Positions 9,948 to 19,339 are shown, counted from the first letter of the stretch. The stretch is DNA of 64,000 bases from Thermoanaerobaculia bacterium (GCA_963664405.1 OY761158.1:4032001-4096000), one strand, 5' to 3'. Numbers and translations are program-made. Notes: generated from the sequence alone by a model not told the origin.

Positions 9948-10738
9948 GAGCGTCGTCGTGCTGCGCTCCGCCTTTTGGCGCGGTCCTTGGCCTTTTTTTC
10001 AGCAGCCTCCTTGGCCTCCTTGCGGCGATAGGAGTTAGCCTCGATCTTGACGATCTCGGCGTGGTGGGTGAGTCGATCGACGAGAGTGACGACGCAGGAG
10101 GCGTTGGGAAAGACCTCGGCCCATTCGGCGAAGGGCTTGTTGGTGGTGAGAAGAATGGGCTTGTTGCCGTATCTCCTGGAGACGACCTCGAAGAGGAGAT
10201 CCGCGTGGCGGTGGTCGTAGGAGAGATAGCCGAGCTCATCGATTGCCAAAAGCGAGGGTCGGGTGTATTTGGAGAGCCTTCTCTGGAGCGCCGAGGGGGT
10301 TTCCTGGACGGCGAGATCGTTGAGCATGTCGGAGGCGGTGACGAAGCTGGCGGTGGCCCCTCGTTGCAGCGCCTGGTAGAGGAGGTTCTTGGCAATCATG
10401 GTCTTGCCGACACCGTTGGGTCCGAGGAGGATGACGTTGGTGATGTCGTCGAGGAATTGGAGGGTGAGCAGATCCTGGATCTGCTCGCGGTCGATGCGCT
10501 GGGGCCAGGAGAAGTCGAAGTCGGCGATGCTCTTGAAGAGCCCGACGCGGCTGGTGCGGATGCGCCGTTCGAGGCTGCGCCGTTTGCGCTCGGCCTCTTC
10601 TTTGCGCAGCAGCTGTTCGAGCCAGGGCTGTTCTCGGTAGGTGCCCCAGTCGTCGACGAGGGCGTAGAAGCCGAGGGATCGGGCGAGCTCTCGTAGTGGT
10701 TCGTCAGGGATCGTTGGACTCTTCCTGGGTCGGGCCAT
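9944..10738 (-). CDS. istB: IS21 helper AAA+ ATPase IstB
   Basis: DFDFSWP, Walker A GPNGVGKT, Walker B LLAIDELGY, LVDRLTHH, SYRRKE; GGAGG upstream of the ATG. Confidence 0.95.
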   Translation of the reverse strand: MARPRKSPTIPDEPLRELARSLGFYALVDDWGTYREQPWLEQLLRKEEAERKRRSLERRIRTSRVGLFKSIADFDFSWPQRIDREQIQDLLTLQFLDDITNVILLGPNGVGKTMIAKNLLYQALQRGATASFVTASDMLNDLAVQETPSALQRRLSKYTRPSLLAIDELGYLSYDHRHADLLFEVVSRRYGNKPILLTTNKPFAEWAEVFPNASCVVTLVDRLTHHAEIVKIEANSYRRKEAKEAAEKKAKDRAKRRSAARRRS

Positions 10739-12212
10739 CGTCGTTGCCTCCAAGTTGGTCGTAGTCCTCGAGGTTGTGCGGTCTCACGGAGAGATCTCGC
10801 TGTTGGAGCTCCTGGCTGAGCGGCACCGGTAAAGCCGGGGGCTGACCGAGGCCGCGCTGGTGCCGTTCGAGTAGGAGCCGGACGGACTGGAATCGCGGTG
10901 CGTGGTTCAGGAGCGCTTCGCGCACGGCTTTGTCGAGTCGCTGGGGGCCGTACTGGCGCAGGAGTCGGAGCAGGCCGGCGGTCTGCGTTCCGAGGTTCTC
11001 GCCTCGCTCGGCGAGCTGCTGCATCAGCTCTTCGCATCGAGGCACAGCGGAAAACAGCCGATGGAAGCCCCGGTGTCGTCGGGCCCTGCGTTTGTGAGCG
11101 AGGAGCTCCTCGAGGTGTTGAGGATCGAGGATCTGCTCGCCCCGGGAGTACGAGCGAGGGTGCTCGGCGAGGAGCTCCTGGCCATCGAGGATCCGCACCC
11201 GATGCTCGCTGGCGAGGAGCGTGACGGTCCTCTGCACATGACTGTGCGGCACCGAGTAGTCGTTGAGGTCGAAGCGCACGATCGGCGTCTTTCTGACCTT
11301 GATCTCCAGTCGCAGGTCGGTTTCGAAGTCGTCTCCGGGAAGCTCAAGCAGTCGAGGTCGTTCCTGGGCCAGGGCGCTTTTCACGGTTCGCTGTCGGTCC
11401 TGCGGCCAGGGTCTGCGCTGCGACCTCTGGCACCATTCCAGGACCTGCCGATTCAGACGATCCAAATCGCTCACCGTTCGGGCGCCGAAGAACGAGCTTC
11501 GCAGGAAGCGGATTGCGCGCTCGACGCGGCCTTTCTCATTTCCCCGAGCCACCGCGGCGACGGTGGGAAGGAAGCCGTAGTGGCTGGCGAAATCGAGCAG
11601 CACGGGATGGAAGCGCACCGCGGTTCCCTGCCGCTCGATCACCGCGGTTCGCAGGTTGTCGTACAGAACGGTCCTGACGACGCCGTCGACGTAGTGGAAG
11701 GCCAGCTGGTGAGCGTGCAAGAAGGTTTCGAGACGAGTGTCGAGGGTGAAGTGCACGAAGACCGTGCGCGAGAACGACAGCACGAAGACGAAGGCATAGA
11801 GCCGACGATGTGCCCGGCCGACGCGGAGCCGACCGAAGTGGCCCCAGTCGACCTGCGCCTGCTCTCCTGGCAGCATGCGCAGCGAGAGAAACGCCTCGCG
11901 CTGGGGCTTCGGTCGCATCGAGGCCACCAGGTGGCGAAACTGATCCGGGCCTCCTGGATAGCCGCGCTCCACCACCATGGTGTAGAGACGGCTCGCCGGC
12001 AGTCGTGGGTAGGTCCCGAGCACCTGCTCGATGAACGGCAGGTAAGGATCGATCATCCTCCCTCGTCGCTGCTGGGGTAGCACGCCGGACTTCTCCAGCG
12101 CCCGGCGCACGGTTGAGGGGTGCAGCTGTAGCTGTCGAGCGATCGTGCCGACTTTCCACTTCTCGACCAGGAACAGACGACGGATCTCCCCGCGCAGCTG
12201 TGCGTCGATCAC
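10704..12212 (-). CDS. istA: IS21 DDE transposase IstA
   Basis: N-terminal HTH (IARQLQLHPSTVRRAL), PGEQAQVDWG, YDNLRTAV, KGRVER, NDYSVP. Confidence 0.95.
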   Translation of the reverse strand: MIDAQLRGEIRRLFLVEKWKVGTIARQLQLHPSTVRRALEKSGVLPQQRRGRMIDPYLPFIEQVLGTYPRLPASRLYTMVVERGYPGGPDQFRHLVASMRPKPQREAFLSLRMLPGEQAQVDWGHFGRLRVGRAHRRLYAFVFVLSFSRTVFVHFTLDTRLETFLHAHQLAFHYVDGVVRTVLYDNLRTAVIERQGTAVRFHPVLLDFASHYGFLPTVAAVARGNEKGRVERAIRFLRSSFFGARTVSDLDRLNRQVLEWCQRSQRRPWPQDRQRTVKSALAQERPRLLELPGDDFETDLRLEIKVRKTPIVRFDLNDYSVPHSHVQRTVTLLASEHRVRILDGQELLAEHPRSYSRGEQILDPQHLEELLAHKRRARRHRGFHRLFSAVPRCEELMQQLAERGENLGTQTAGLLRLLRQYGPQRLDKAVREALLNHAPRFQSVRLLLERHQRGLGQPPALPVPLSQELQQRDLSVRPHNLEDYDQLGGNDDGPTQEESNDP

Positions 12213-12216
12213 GCCC

Positions 12217-12612
12217 CTATCTCCGTCGGCAACGACGAAAGCTCGTTCGCACAAACTCTCGGCAGGCCTCTCCACACTGCATGCATCGCGGATTCCTCGG
12301 GTCGTAGCGCACTTCGCGCCTCGGAGTCTCGATCCGACACAGTGTCCTCCCCGAAGTACCGCCTGGGGTACCCTGATGCGTCACTTTCTCTGCCCGCTCG
12401 CGCTGGCGCCGACGGTAGCGGGCCTGACGGGCGGCATGACAATGCCGACCTCGGAGGCTTCGCTGGTACCGATGGCCGGCCGCCCGAGTCGATTCCCGAC
12501 GAGCCACCAGAGCACAAGCCCGGCAGTAACGCTGGCCACGGTCACAGTGCGAGCACAGCGAGATACGCCGACGGCATCGAGCACAGTCGAAGAGTCGGTA
12601 GTCCGGTCGCAT
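12217..12612 (-). CDS. Cys-rich, basic, zinc-finger-like 131-aa protein within the IS, upstream of istA
   Basis: CARC, CSHC, CRAC and CMQC pairs; Arg-rich helix; GGAGG RBS; stop 4 nt before the istA start. Confidence 0.75.
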   Translation of the reverse strand: MRPDYRLFDCARCRRRISLCSHCDRGQRYCRACALVARRESTRAAGHRYQRSLRGRHCHAARQARYRRRQRERAEKVTHQGTPGGTSGRTLCRIETPRREVRYDPRNPRCMQCGEACREFVRTSFRRCRRR

Positions 12613-14266
12613 CGTCGCCTCCCATTCGACGACGACCCCGACTCTCTGCCATACTGCAAGCGCAGCTAATGCTGCGGTTTGGGGCAGAGCCCGGGGCGTT
12701 TTCTACTTCGCTTTCCCGGGCTCTCGCCGTCTCTGGTCGGCCTGCTCTATCAGAGCAGAGCCCGCACTGCAAAGCCCTACACCGACTCACGCATCTCTTC
12801 CGACCGCAAACACGCCGCCGGGACCACGCACCCGGACCGCCGTTCCGGCGGGATGATGCCGCCCTTCCTGAAGAAGGCCTAGCTTTCCCGCGGTCGCGAA
12901 GCCCTCAGCTCACTCCATCCCGGAAACTGCGCTCGCAGCCAACGGGATGCGCTTTCTCGCAGCCATCAACACCGGTGGCGTGCCCGGTTTCGGCGTCACT
13001 AATGTGAGCGGTCAGAAGCAGTATTTCGGCGACCCCATCAGCATGAGTCTGAAGGACGCCGACATCACGGAGGTTCTCCGCTCGATCGCTCGGATCAGCG
13101 CTCTCAACATCGTTATTCAGCCAGGAGTGTCGGGCCCTGTCACTGTCGAGCTCGACAGCGTTCCATGGGATCAAGCACTTGAGCAGATCCTCAAGATCAA
13201 TCAGCTTGGAATGGAGCTCGATGGCAACATCTTGCGCATCGCGCCTGTAGCCCGGCTGGCGCAGGAGGCTGTAGAACAGCAGAGGTTGATAGCCGCGAAG
13301 GCACTTTCGATACCGCTGACAACGGTGATGCGCCGAATCAGCTACGCGACCGCCGCCGAGCTCGCCTCGATACTCCAATCGGGTGGAGGTGGCGGAGGCG
13401 GAATCCTGAGCCAGCGTGGAAGTGTGATCGTCGATGCACGCACCAACACTCTGATTATTCAGGAGCTGCCTGGCTACATGGATCAGGTGATCCAGATCAT
13501 CGAGAACCTGGATATCCCCGAGGACCAGGTGATGATCGAGGCCCGCATCGTCGAGACCACCAAGAACTGGAACCGCTCCCTGGGTTTCAATTGGAGCTAC
13601 GACTTTATTGCTGATGCCCAACACGGCAACACGACCGGCCTCGAGTTCCCCAACAACATCGATACAGATGGCGGCGTATCGCTTCTGACCGGCGGCGCGA
13701 ACGGGTTCTTGAACATCGGCCTAGGGAACGTGCTCAACACCTTCGAGCTCGACGTCATCCTTCAGGCCGCTGAGTCGGAGGGCCTGGTCAACGTGATTTC
13801 GGCTCCGAAGGTGGCAACCCTCAACAACGAACGGGCGACGATCCAAAGTGGTTTGCAGATCCCGGTTCAGACGGTCGCGAACAACACCGTAACGGTTCAG
13901 TTCGTCAACGCCACTCTGCGCCTGGACGTGACGCCGCACATTACGGCAGAGGGGACTGTTCTGCTCGAGATCAACATTCAAAAGAGAGAACCGCTGCTCG
14001 TATTCGCCGTGGTGGGTGCGACTAACGCACCGATCGCCACACGAGAAGCGCGAACCCGGGTTCTCGTAAGAGACGGAGGCACTGCAGTGATTGGAGGCAT
14101 CTACCAAGTGAGCACCGACGAGAGTGAAGATAGGGTGCCAGGGCTCTCCAACATTCCGATCTTGGGACATCTGTTTAGGAACAAGAGCCGCGCCAACACC
14201 AACGAGGAGTTGATCATATTCATTACCCCCAGGATCATTCAGCTCTAGTTGGTAGGAAGGAAGGAC

Positions 14267-14824
14267 ATGAGAAGCCTGAGCAAGAAACTGCTTCCCTTTG
14301 TACTCGCACTCTTGTTGGTTGCCTGTGACGGCCGCGTAGAGAGGACTGACGGGGGCGGCGTGCTCCTGACGGTCAGCGATTTCGATGGCGTGCCATTGCA
14401 AGTGAGCGTCGACCTCGCTCGCCTCGACGGTTTCGTAGCGATTGATTCAATCACCATCACGAGCGTCATCAAGGATCTCGACTCGCAGGGGTCGGCTTTG
14501 ATGGACGTCGAAATGAGCTCTTACGAGGTTACCTTCAGCCGTGCGGGCTCTGGCACGCTGCTGCCGCCTCCGTTGGTCGCCAATATCTTCGGAAACACGC
14601 CGGCGGGCGGTACCAATGCTTACGAGAATCTCCCTATCCTAACGCTCGATCAGATCAACTCCCGGCCCTTGTCGGATCTCTTTTTTGAGAATGGCGGTTT
14701 TGACAAAGAGACGGGCTTGATCTCGATCCCGTTGAACATCACCATCCGGTTCTTTGGCCGCACTATCGCCGGTGAGGCGGTAGACACCGCCCCGGTCTCT
14801 TTTACCGTGCAGTTCGTGGCCTAG
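14267..14824 (+). CDS. Uncharacterised beta-rich lipoprotein
   Basis: Lipobox LVA-C; RBS aaggaagga; 18 nt after pilQ. Confidence 0.8.
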   Translation: MRSLSKKLLPFVLALLLVACDGRVERTDGGGVLLTVSDFDGVPLQVSVDLARLDGFVAIDSITITSVIKDLDSQGSALMDVEMSSYEVTFSRAGSGTLLPPPLVANIFGNTPAGGTNAYENLPILTLDQINSRPLSDLFFENGGFDKETGLISIPLNITIRFFGRTIAGEAVDTAPVSFTVQFVA

Positions 14825-14840
14825 ACGAGGAGAGCTTGCG

Positions 14841-16556
14841 ATGAAGCCCAGCAATCGGACAAGAATTTTCAGCCTCGCCCTAACTCTACTGGTTGGTGGG
14901 CTCGCGTGTTCGACGGATTCGCCTACGGAACCGGTCCAGACCCCGGCTCCGGGTGCCCCGGGTGGCGGTACACCTAGTGGCACGTGGAATATAAGCATTA
15001 CTTCGAACCGTTCTCAGCTTGAGGTTGACGGTCTGAATGCACGCATTAGCATTCGCGTTACCGATGCCGAGTCGGGCGCCCTCCCGCCTAACGGCGCGAG
15101 TATTTCGCTCGGTACGAGCCTTGGCGACTTCGAATCTGAGGGCAGCGGCATCCAGTCAGGCATCCTCGAGCTCTTCACAGGCAATGTTCAGGTTGCGCTT
15201 TTCCCCGGCAGCGAGGAGGGTACTGCGAGGCTGCAGGCTCAGCTCGAGGGCAGCGTCGGACAGCTGAACTTGCCGATCACGGCCGCCGGCGGCGACGAGC
15301 CCATTCCCACGGCCCTCTTCGTAGATCGGGTGGATCCAAGCTTCGGCAGTCCCGATGGCGGCGAGACGGTGAGAATCCTCGGCCAGGCTTTCGAGGAGCC
15401 GGTGCGCGTCTTCTTTGGCGGGGCTCCTGCTCAGGTTCAGTCGGTCAACTCTGGAACTATCCGTGTGATCACGCCGCGCAACGACACCGTGGACCTGGGC
15501 GATGTCCTTTCGGTCGACGTCGAGGTCCAAGTGAATGTCAACGAGGCGGAGCAGAGCTCCGATACCCTGGTTTCTGGCTTTACCTACACTCGCGGCGCCC
15601 TCGATCTCCAACCCGTGATCTTCTCCATCACACCGAACTCCGGGCCGAACGAGGGTGGCACGCGTGTCACCATCAACGGTGATGGCTTCTTGGCTCCGGT
15701 TCAGGTGCTCTTCGAGTCTCTCGAGGCTACGGTCGAGTCCGTTAGTCGGACCCAGATCGTGGTCTTGACTCCGGCAGCGACTGGCTTCGGGCAGGCGCTC
15801 CGGAACAGTCAGGTCAACGTGGTCGTGAGGAATCTCGAAAACGGGCTCACCTCCGATCCAGGTCTGTTCACGTACGGAGTGAGTCTCCTGGTCACCGCGG
15901 TAGACCCCAATACAGGCCCCTACTTCGGCGGGACCAACGTCACCATCTTTGGCCAGGGCTTTGACGAGCCTCTGGTTGTCGACTTCGGTACCGTGCGCCA
16001 GCAGGTGATCTCGGTCACTGGCACTGAGATTCTGGTGCGCACTGTCGGGTTGCTGGGTAGCGGAAGCTGCTCCAACTCGTCGCTGGGCTCTAACGTTACG
16101 AATCTGGAGACAGGTGAGACCGCTTCCGGGCCTCCGTTTATCTACCAGGAGATCCAGCTGAGTCCGTCCATTTCCGGAGTCTCGCCCTCACCGCTGAGGC
16201 AAGCGGGCGGGGTCGTGACCATCAGTGGGCGGAACTTCTTGGAGCCGATCGAGGTTACTTTCAACGATCGACCGGTGGAGATCACCAGCCTGTCCGAGAC
16301 ATCCATCACGGCCACGCTCCCTGAGATTCCCAACAGCGATCTCGACGCCGAAGATTGCAACGACAACGGCGACTCACAGGACGGCGAACGCTACATCACG
16401 ACGCCCTTCGATCTGGTTGTGGCGAACTCAGACACGGGTTGCTCCGACACCTTCTTGGTCAACGTGACCCCGAACAACACCAGCTGTCGGGATGACGTAG
16501 CGCCTGTCGAGGACGAGCCGACTCCGGTTCCGACTCCGACGACGGAGGCGCCCTAG
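14841..16556 (+). CDS. Lipoprotein with an Ig-like domain and about four IPT/TIG repeats
   Basis: Lipobox GLA-C; repeats VDPSFGSPDGGETVRILG, ITPNSGPNEGGTRVTING, VDPNTGPYFGGTNVTIFG, VSPSPLRQAGGVVTISG. Confidence 0.85.
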   Translation: MKPSNRTRIFSLALTLLVGGLACSTDSPTEPVQTPAPGAPGGGTPSGTWNISITSNRSQLEVDGLNARISIRVTDAESGALPPNGASISLGTSLGDFESEGSGIQSGILELFTGNVQVALFPGSEEGTARLQAQLEGSVGQLNLPITAAGGDEPIPTALFVDRVDPSFGSPDGGETVRILGQAFEEPVRVFFGGAPAQVQSVNSGTIRVITPRNDTVDLGDVLSVDVEVQVNVNEAEQSSDTLVSGFTYTRGALDLQPVIFSITPNSGPNEGGTRVTINGDGFLAPVQVLFESLEATVESVSRTQIVVLTPAATGFGQALRNSQVNVVVRNLENGLTSDPGLFTYGVSLLVTAVDPNTGPYFGGTNVTIFGQGFDEPLVVDFGTVRQQVISVTGTEILVRTVGLLGSGSCSNSSLGSNVTNLETGETASGPPFIYQEIQLSPSISGVSPSPLRQAGGVVTISGRNFLEPIEVTFNDRPVEITSLSETSITATLPEIPNSDLDAEDCNDNGDSQDGERYITTPFDLVVANSDTGCSDTFLVNVTPNNTSCRDDVAPVEDEPTPVPTPTTEAP

Positions 16557-16683
16557 GCTAGGGAAGTGTTGGAATAGTGATCTCGGCGCCCCGTGCGAGG
16601 ATGACTTCTCGTCCTCGAGCGGGGCGTCTCTCTTCGAGAGCGGATGGTTCCTTTTCGAACCCGTGATACACCGCGATCTTTGC

Positions 16684-16849
16684 CTAGACCAGCGTTTCCA
16701 AAGTTCGCGTACACATCTCGGCCCCTTCTGCCCGCTGGCGGTGTTACGCCTCCTCGATATATTGCCCAATATGCCTGCGTCGGCGCGCCTAGCCAGCGAA
16801 CAGAATGACCTCGAGCTATGCAGCCCGAACTTTGGAAACGCTGGTCTAG
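16684..16849 (+). mobile_element. 166-bp CTAG-bounded palindromic element E1
   Basis: Perfect 24-bp IR ctagaccagcgtttccaaagttcg; inner IR ttctgcccgctggc/gccagcgaacagaa; core shared with E2-E4. Confidence 0.85.
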
Positions 16850-16901
16850 AGTCATCTTCCCGCTAGACGCTCGTGGCAGTCGCTGCGTATACTCCAGTTG
16901 A

Positions 16902-17816
16902 ATGCGCAAGGGACTTCTAGCGTGCCTCCTTGTGCTCGCGCTCTTTGGTTGCGACAGCACGAGTCCAGTGGCGCCCGAGGGTGCCCTCGTCGACATTTCG
17001 GTGAGCCCTGACCGCATCACCTCTGATGGCGAGGCGGCAGTTACCGTTCTTGCTCGGAAGTCCACGGGCTTTCCCGTCAACCCCGGCACTGTCGTCTTCC
17101 TGAGTACTACCCGTGGCCTCATCGCCGAGCGCGGCGAGACGGATGAGACGGGCCGGGTACGGGCGACTCTCTACGGTAATGGCGCCGTCGGTACCGCAAC
17201 GGTGAAGGCGACTACAGGCGCGGCCGAAGACGCCGAAGTCGAGGTTCAGATCGGCATCTTCGCCGGATCGGTCACATTGCAGACCACGCCGTCGACAGTG
17301 GCTGAGACCGGCGGCACTATAGATCTTCTGGCCTTGGTTCGAGACGACTTGGGCGAGCCCCTCCCAGACGTGCTGGTCAATTTCACCAGCCAGATAGGTG
17401 TTCTCGAAACCGGGGGGGATTTTGTACGGACTGATGGAGGGGGTAGGGCGACAGATGTCCTCACCGTCGAGGAGGGAGAGCTCGACACTGTAAACGGCGA
17501 CACCTTCATGGTCGGAGTGGAGGTGTCGGGGAACGACGGAGCTCTACTCATTCGTGAGCAGACCGTCACCGTCCAGCGGCGGCCGATGGCCGACTTCACC
17601 ACCAGTGTCAGCGGCCTGACGGTGGTCTTCGACGACACCTCGACGGGACGCCCGACGAGCTGGAGATGGGAGTTCGGCGACGGCAACAGCAGTACGCTGC
17701 AGAATCCTTCCCACACTTATGCCGTGCCCGGCACCTACACAGTGACTCTGACTGCGCGCAATAGCCTGGGCGAGGACACGCGCAGCAAGATCGTCGCCGT
17801 CACCGGCAATAACTAG
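16902..17816 (+). CDS. Lipoprotein with two Big-1-like Ig domains and a C-terminal PKD domain
   Basis: Lipobox LFG-C; TDETGRVRATL and TDGGGRATDVL; PKD motif SWRWEFGDGNSSTLQNPSHTY..PGTYTVTL. Confidence 0.85.
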   Translation: MRKGLLACLLVLALFGCDSTSPVAPEGALVDISVSPDRITSDGEAAVTVLARKSTGFPVNPGTVVFLSTTRGLIAERGETDETGRVRATLYGNGAVGTATVKATTGAAEDAEVEVQIGIFAGSVTLQTTPSTVAETGGTIDLLALVRDDLGEPLPDVLVNFTSQIGVLETGGDFVRTDGGGRATDVLTVEEGELDTVNGDTFMVGVEVSGNDGALLIREQTVTVQRRPMADFTTSVSGLTVVFDDTSTGRPTSWRWEFGDGNSSTLQNPSHTYAVPGTYTVTLTARNSLGEDTRSKIVAVTGNN

Positions 17817-17979
17817 TACACGCGGCCATAAATACGGACACGTTTGGAGCGACGCTGCATCCTCTCCAGCAGCGTTGCGCTCCCTGCGGCGTACTGCCAG
17901 GTACGCCTCAGTCACGCGCCTTGCTGGCGAGGCGCTTCGTCGCTCGAAACGTACCCGTACTTATGGCCGCATGTACTAG
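17813..17979 (+). mobile_element. 167-bp CTAG-bounded palindromic element E2
   Basis: ~42-bp imperfect IR (ctagtacacgcggccataa.../...ttatggccgcatgtactag); left CTAG contains the stop of the PKD gene. Confidence 0.85.
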
Positions 17980-18053
17980 CCTTTCCGGACTCTCTCCTCG
18001 GGCGGGGGAGAGGTGGTGCAAACACGCCTGCTATAGTGAGCGGCCCCTTGCGG

Positions 18054-18713
18054 ATGGACAGCTCAGAAGAGGCGCTCGCCCACCTTCGTCGCCAGGTGCA
18101 GCGGCGTCCGGAGTCACCGGCAATGTTGCGGCTCGCAGAGCTGCTGCTGCGTCGTGGCGAGGCTGAGGACGCTCTCGCAACCTTGACGCGGGGTCTCGAG
18201 AATCGCCCGGGCCACGTTGCGGCGCTGGTTCTCAGGGGCAGATGCCTGCTGGCGCTCGAGCGACTCGACGAAGCCGGCGCCGAGCTCGAGTCTGTGCTCG
18301 CCGTGGATCCTACTCAACTCGTTGCCGCCAAACTTCTGGCGCAAGTCTGGCTTCGAGCGTCTGCAGTGGAGCGGGCGGGTGTGGCGGTCTCGAGATACGC
18401 TCACTTGCAGCCACTGGATCCGGACTTAGCGGCGTTCCAGCGGCAGCTAACGGCTTTGCGCAGGGATGCTCCTCCGAGCTCTGAGGAGGATCTCGGCGAC
18501 GGCCGTGCCGAAGAGCAAGGCGGCAGCAATGAACCGGGCTCGGCTTCCGGCGCGGGGCTGAAGACGGTGACGCTTGCGGAGCTCTATCTGCAGCAGGGCC
18601 ATGCCCGAGATGCCGCAGCCATGCTTCTCGAGATCCTGGACTCGGACCCGGCCAATGCCGCGGCCCAGGAGGCACTGATGCGCGCCCGAGGTGCACGACC
18701 CTACGCCGGCTGA
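18054..18713 (+). CDS. TPR protein
   Basis: Helical TPR pattern; C-terminal TVTLAELYLQQGH; ATG at 18054 preferred over the TTG inside element E2. Confidence 0.8.
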   Translation: MDSSEEALAHLRRQVQRRPESPAMLRLAELLLRRGEAEDALATLTRGLENRPGHVAALVLRGRCLLALERLDEAGAELESVLAVDPTQLVAAKLLAQVWLRASAVERAGVAVSRYAHLQPLDPDLAAFQRQLTALRRDAPPSSEEDLGDGRAEEQGGSNEPGSASGAGLKTVTLAELYLQQGHARDAAAMLLEILDSDPANAAAQEALMRARGARPYAG

Positions 18714-18859
18714 CACTCGCCGCGATATAGTCCTGAGGTTCGCGCGCGCGCCGTTCTTGGCCGCTCTCCCAGCGGGAGTCGTCGCGGACAATACGAACCA
18801 GAACCCATCGCCGAGAGGCGTATTCAGAAGTTCCCGGAGACTTTGGAGGTAGCGACGTC

Positions 18860-19321
18860 GTGTTGACATTCGACCAGATGAAAGAGCTGATTCAGCTAGT
18901 AGGCGGGAACAAACTCGGTGGGGTGGAGGTACGCCAAGGCGACTTTCACTTTCGAGTCAGCGCACGCGGTGAGGGTGCTGCGCCGCTGGCAGGGACTGTC
19001 GCCTCAGAGGGTGCTGCGCCGCCAGTGACGACGGACGATGCCGCGATCGCGGCCGAAACTCCGGTCGATCAAGAGGAAACGGGGCATGTGCTGAAGTCCC
19101 CGATCGTCGGCACTTTCTATTCCTCCCCCAGCCCAGACGCTGAGCCCTACGTTCGGGTTGGAGATCGGGTGGAGAAGGGCCAGGTTGTTTGCATTGTCGA
19201 GGCGATGAAGCTCATGAACGAGATTGAAGCGGACGCGAGCGGGGTCGTATCGAGAATACTTCCCGAGAACGCACAGCCCGTGGAGTTTGGCGCGCCTCTG
19301 TTCAGGATCGAGACCGACTGA
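18860..19321 (+). CDS. accB: Biotin carboxyl carrier protein
   Basis: [19 protein letters not shown]. Confidence 0.97.
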   Translation: MLTFDQMKELIQLVGGNKLGGVEVRQGDFHFRVSARGEGAAPLAGTVASEGAAPPVTTDDAAIAAETPVDQEETGHVLKSPIVGTFYSSPSPDAEPYVRVGDRVEKGQVVCIVEAMKLMNEIEADASGVVSRILPENAQPVEFGAPLFRIETD

Positions 19322-19339
19322 TTCCGCCTCGTCCAAACT

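Larger units (their letters stand above)
9582..12971 (-). mobile_element. IS21-family element, 3390 bp, four ORFs
   Basis: TG...CA ends with ~40-bp imperfect IR (tgttaccggctacgagaaagcgca / tgttgatggctgcgagaaagcgca); 5-bp direct repeat CCGGT at 9577-9581 and 12972-12976; istA and istB inside. Confidence 0.95.
7817..14248 (+). pseudogene. pilQ: Type IV pilus secretin PilQ split into three in-frame pieces (7817-8449, 8931-9581, 12977-14248) by two insertions
   Basis: AMIN domain (FQLEDPPRFVVDL, VRLAQF, RVVFDL), Pro/Ala/Glu linker, secretin core (ISMSLKDADI, VPWDQAL, QVMIEARIVE, VPGLSNIPILGHLF); frames join after removing the inserts. Confidence 0.92.

Noticed and set aside
16684-17979. Integron attC sites flanking a gene cassette
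   Set aside because: Ends are CTAG, not RYYYAAC/GTTRRRY, and no integron integrase is present
17844-18053. N-terminal extension of the TPR protein
   Set aside because: Starts inside palindromic element E2; ATG 18054 with an upstream TGCTATAGT is more plausible
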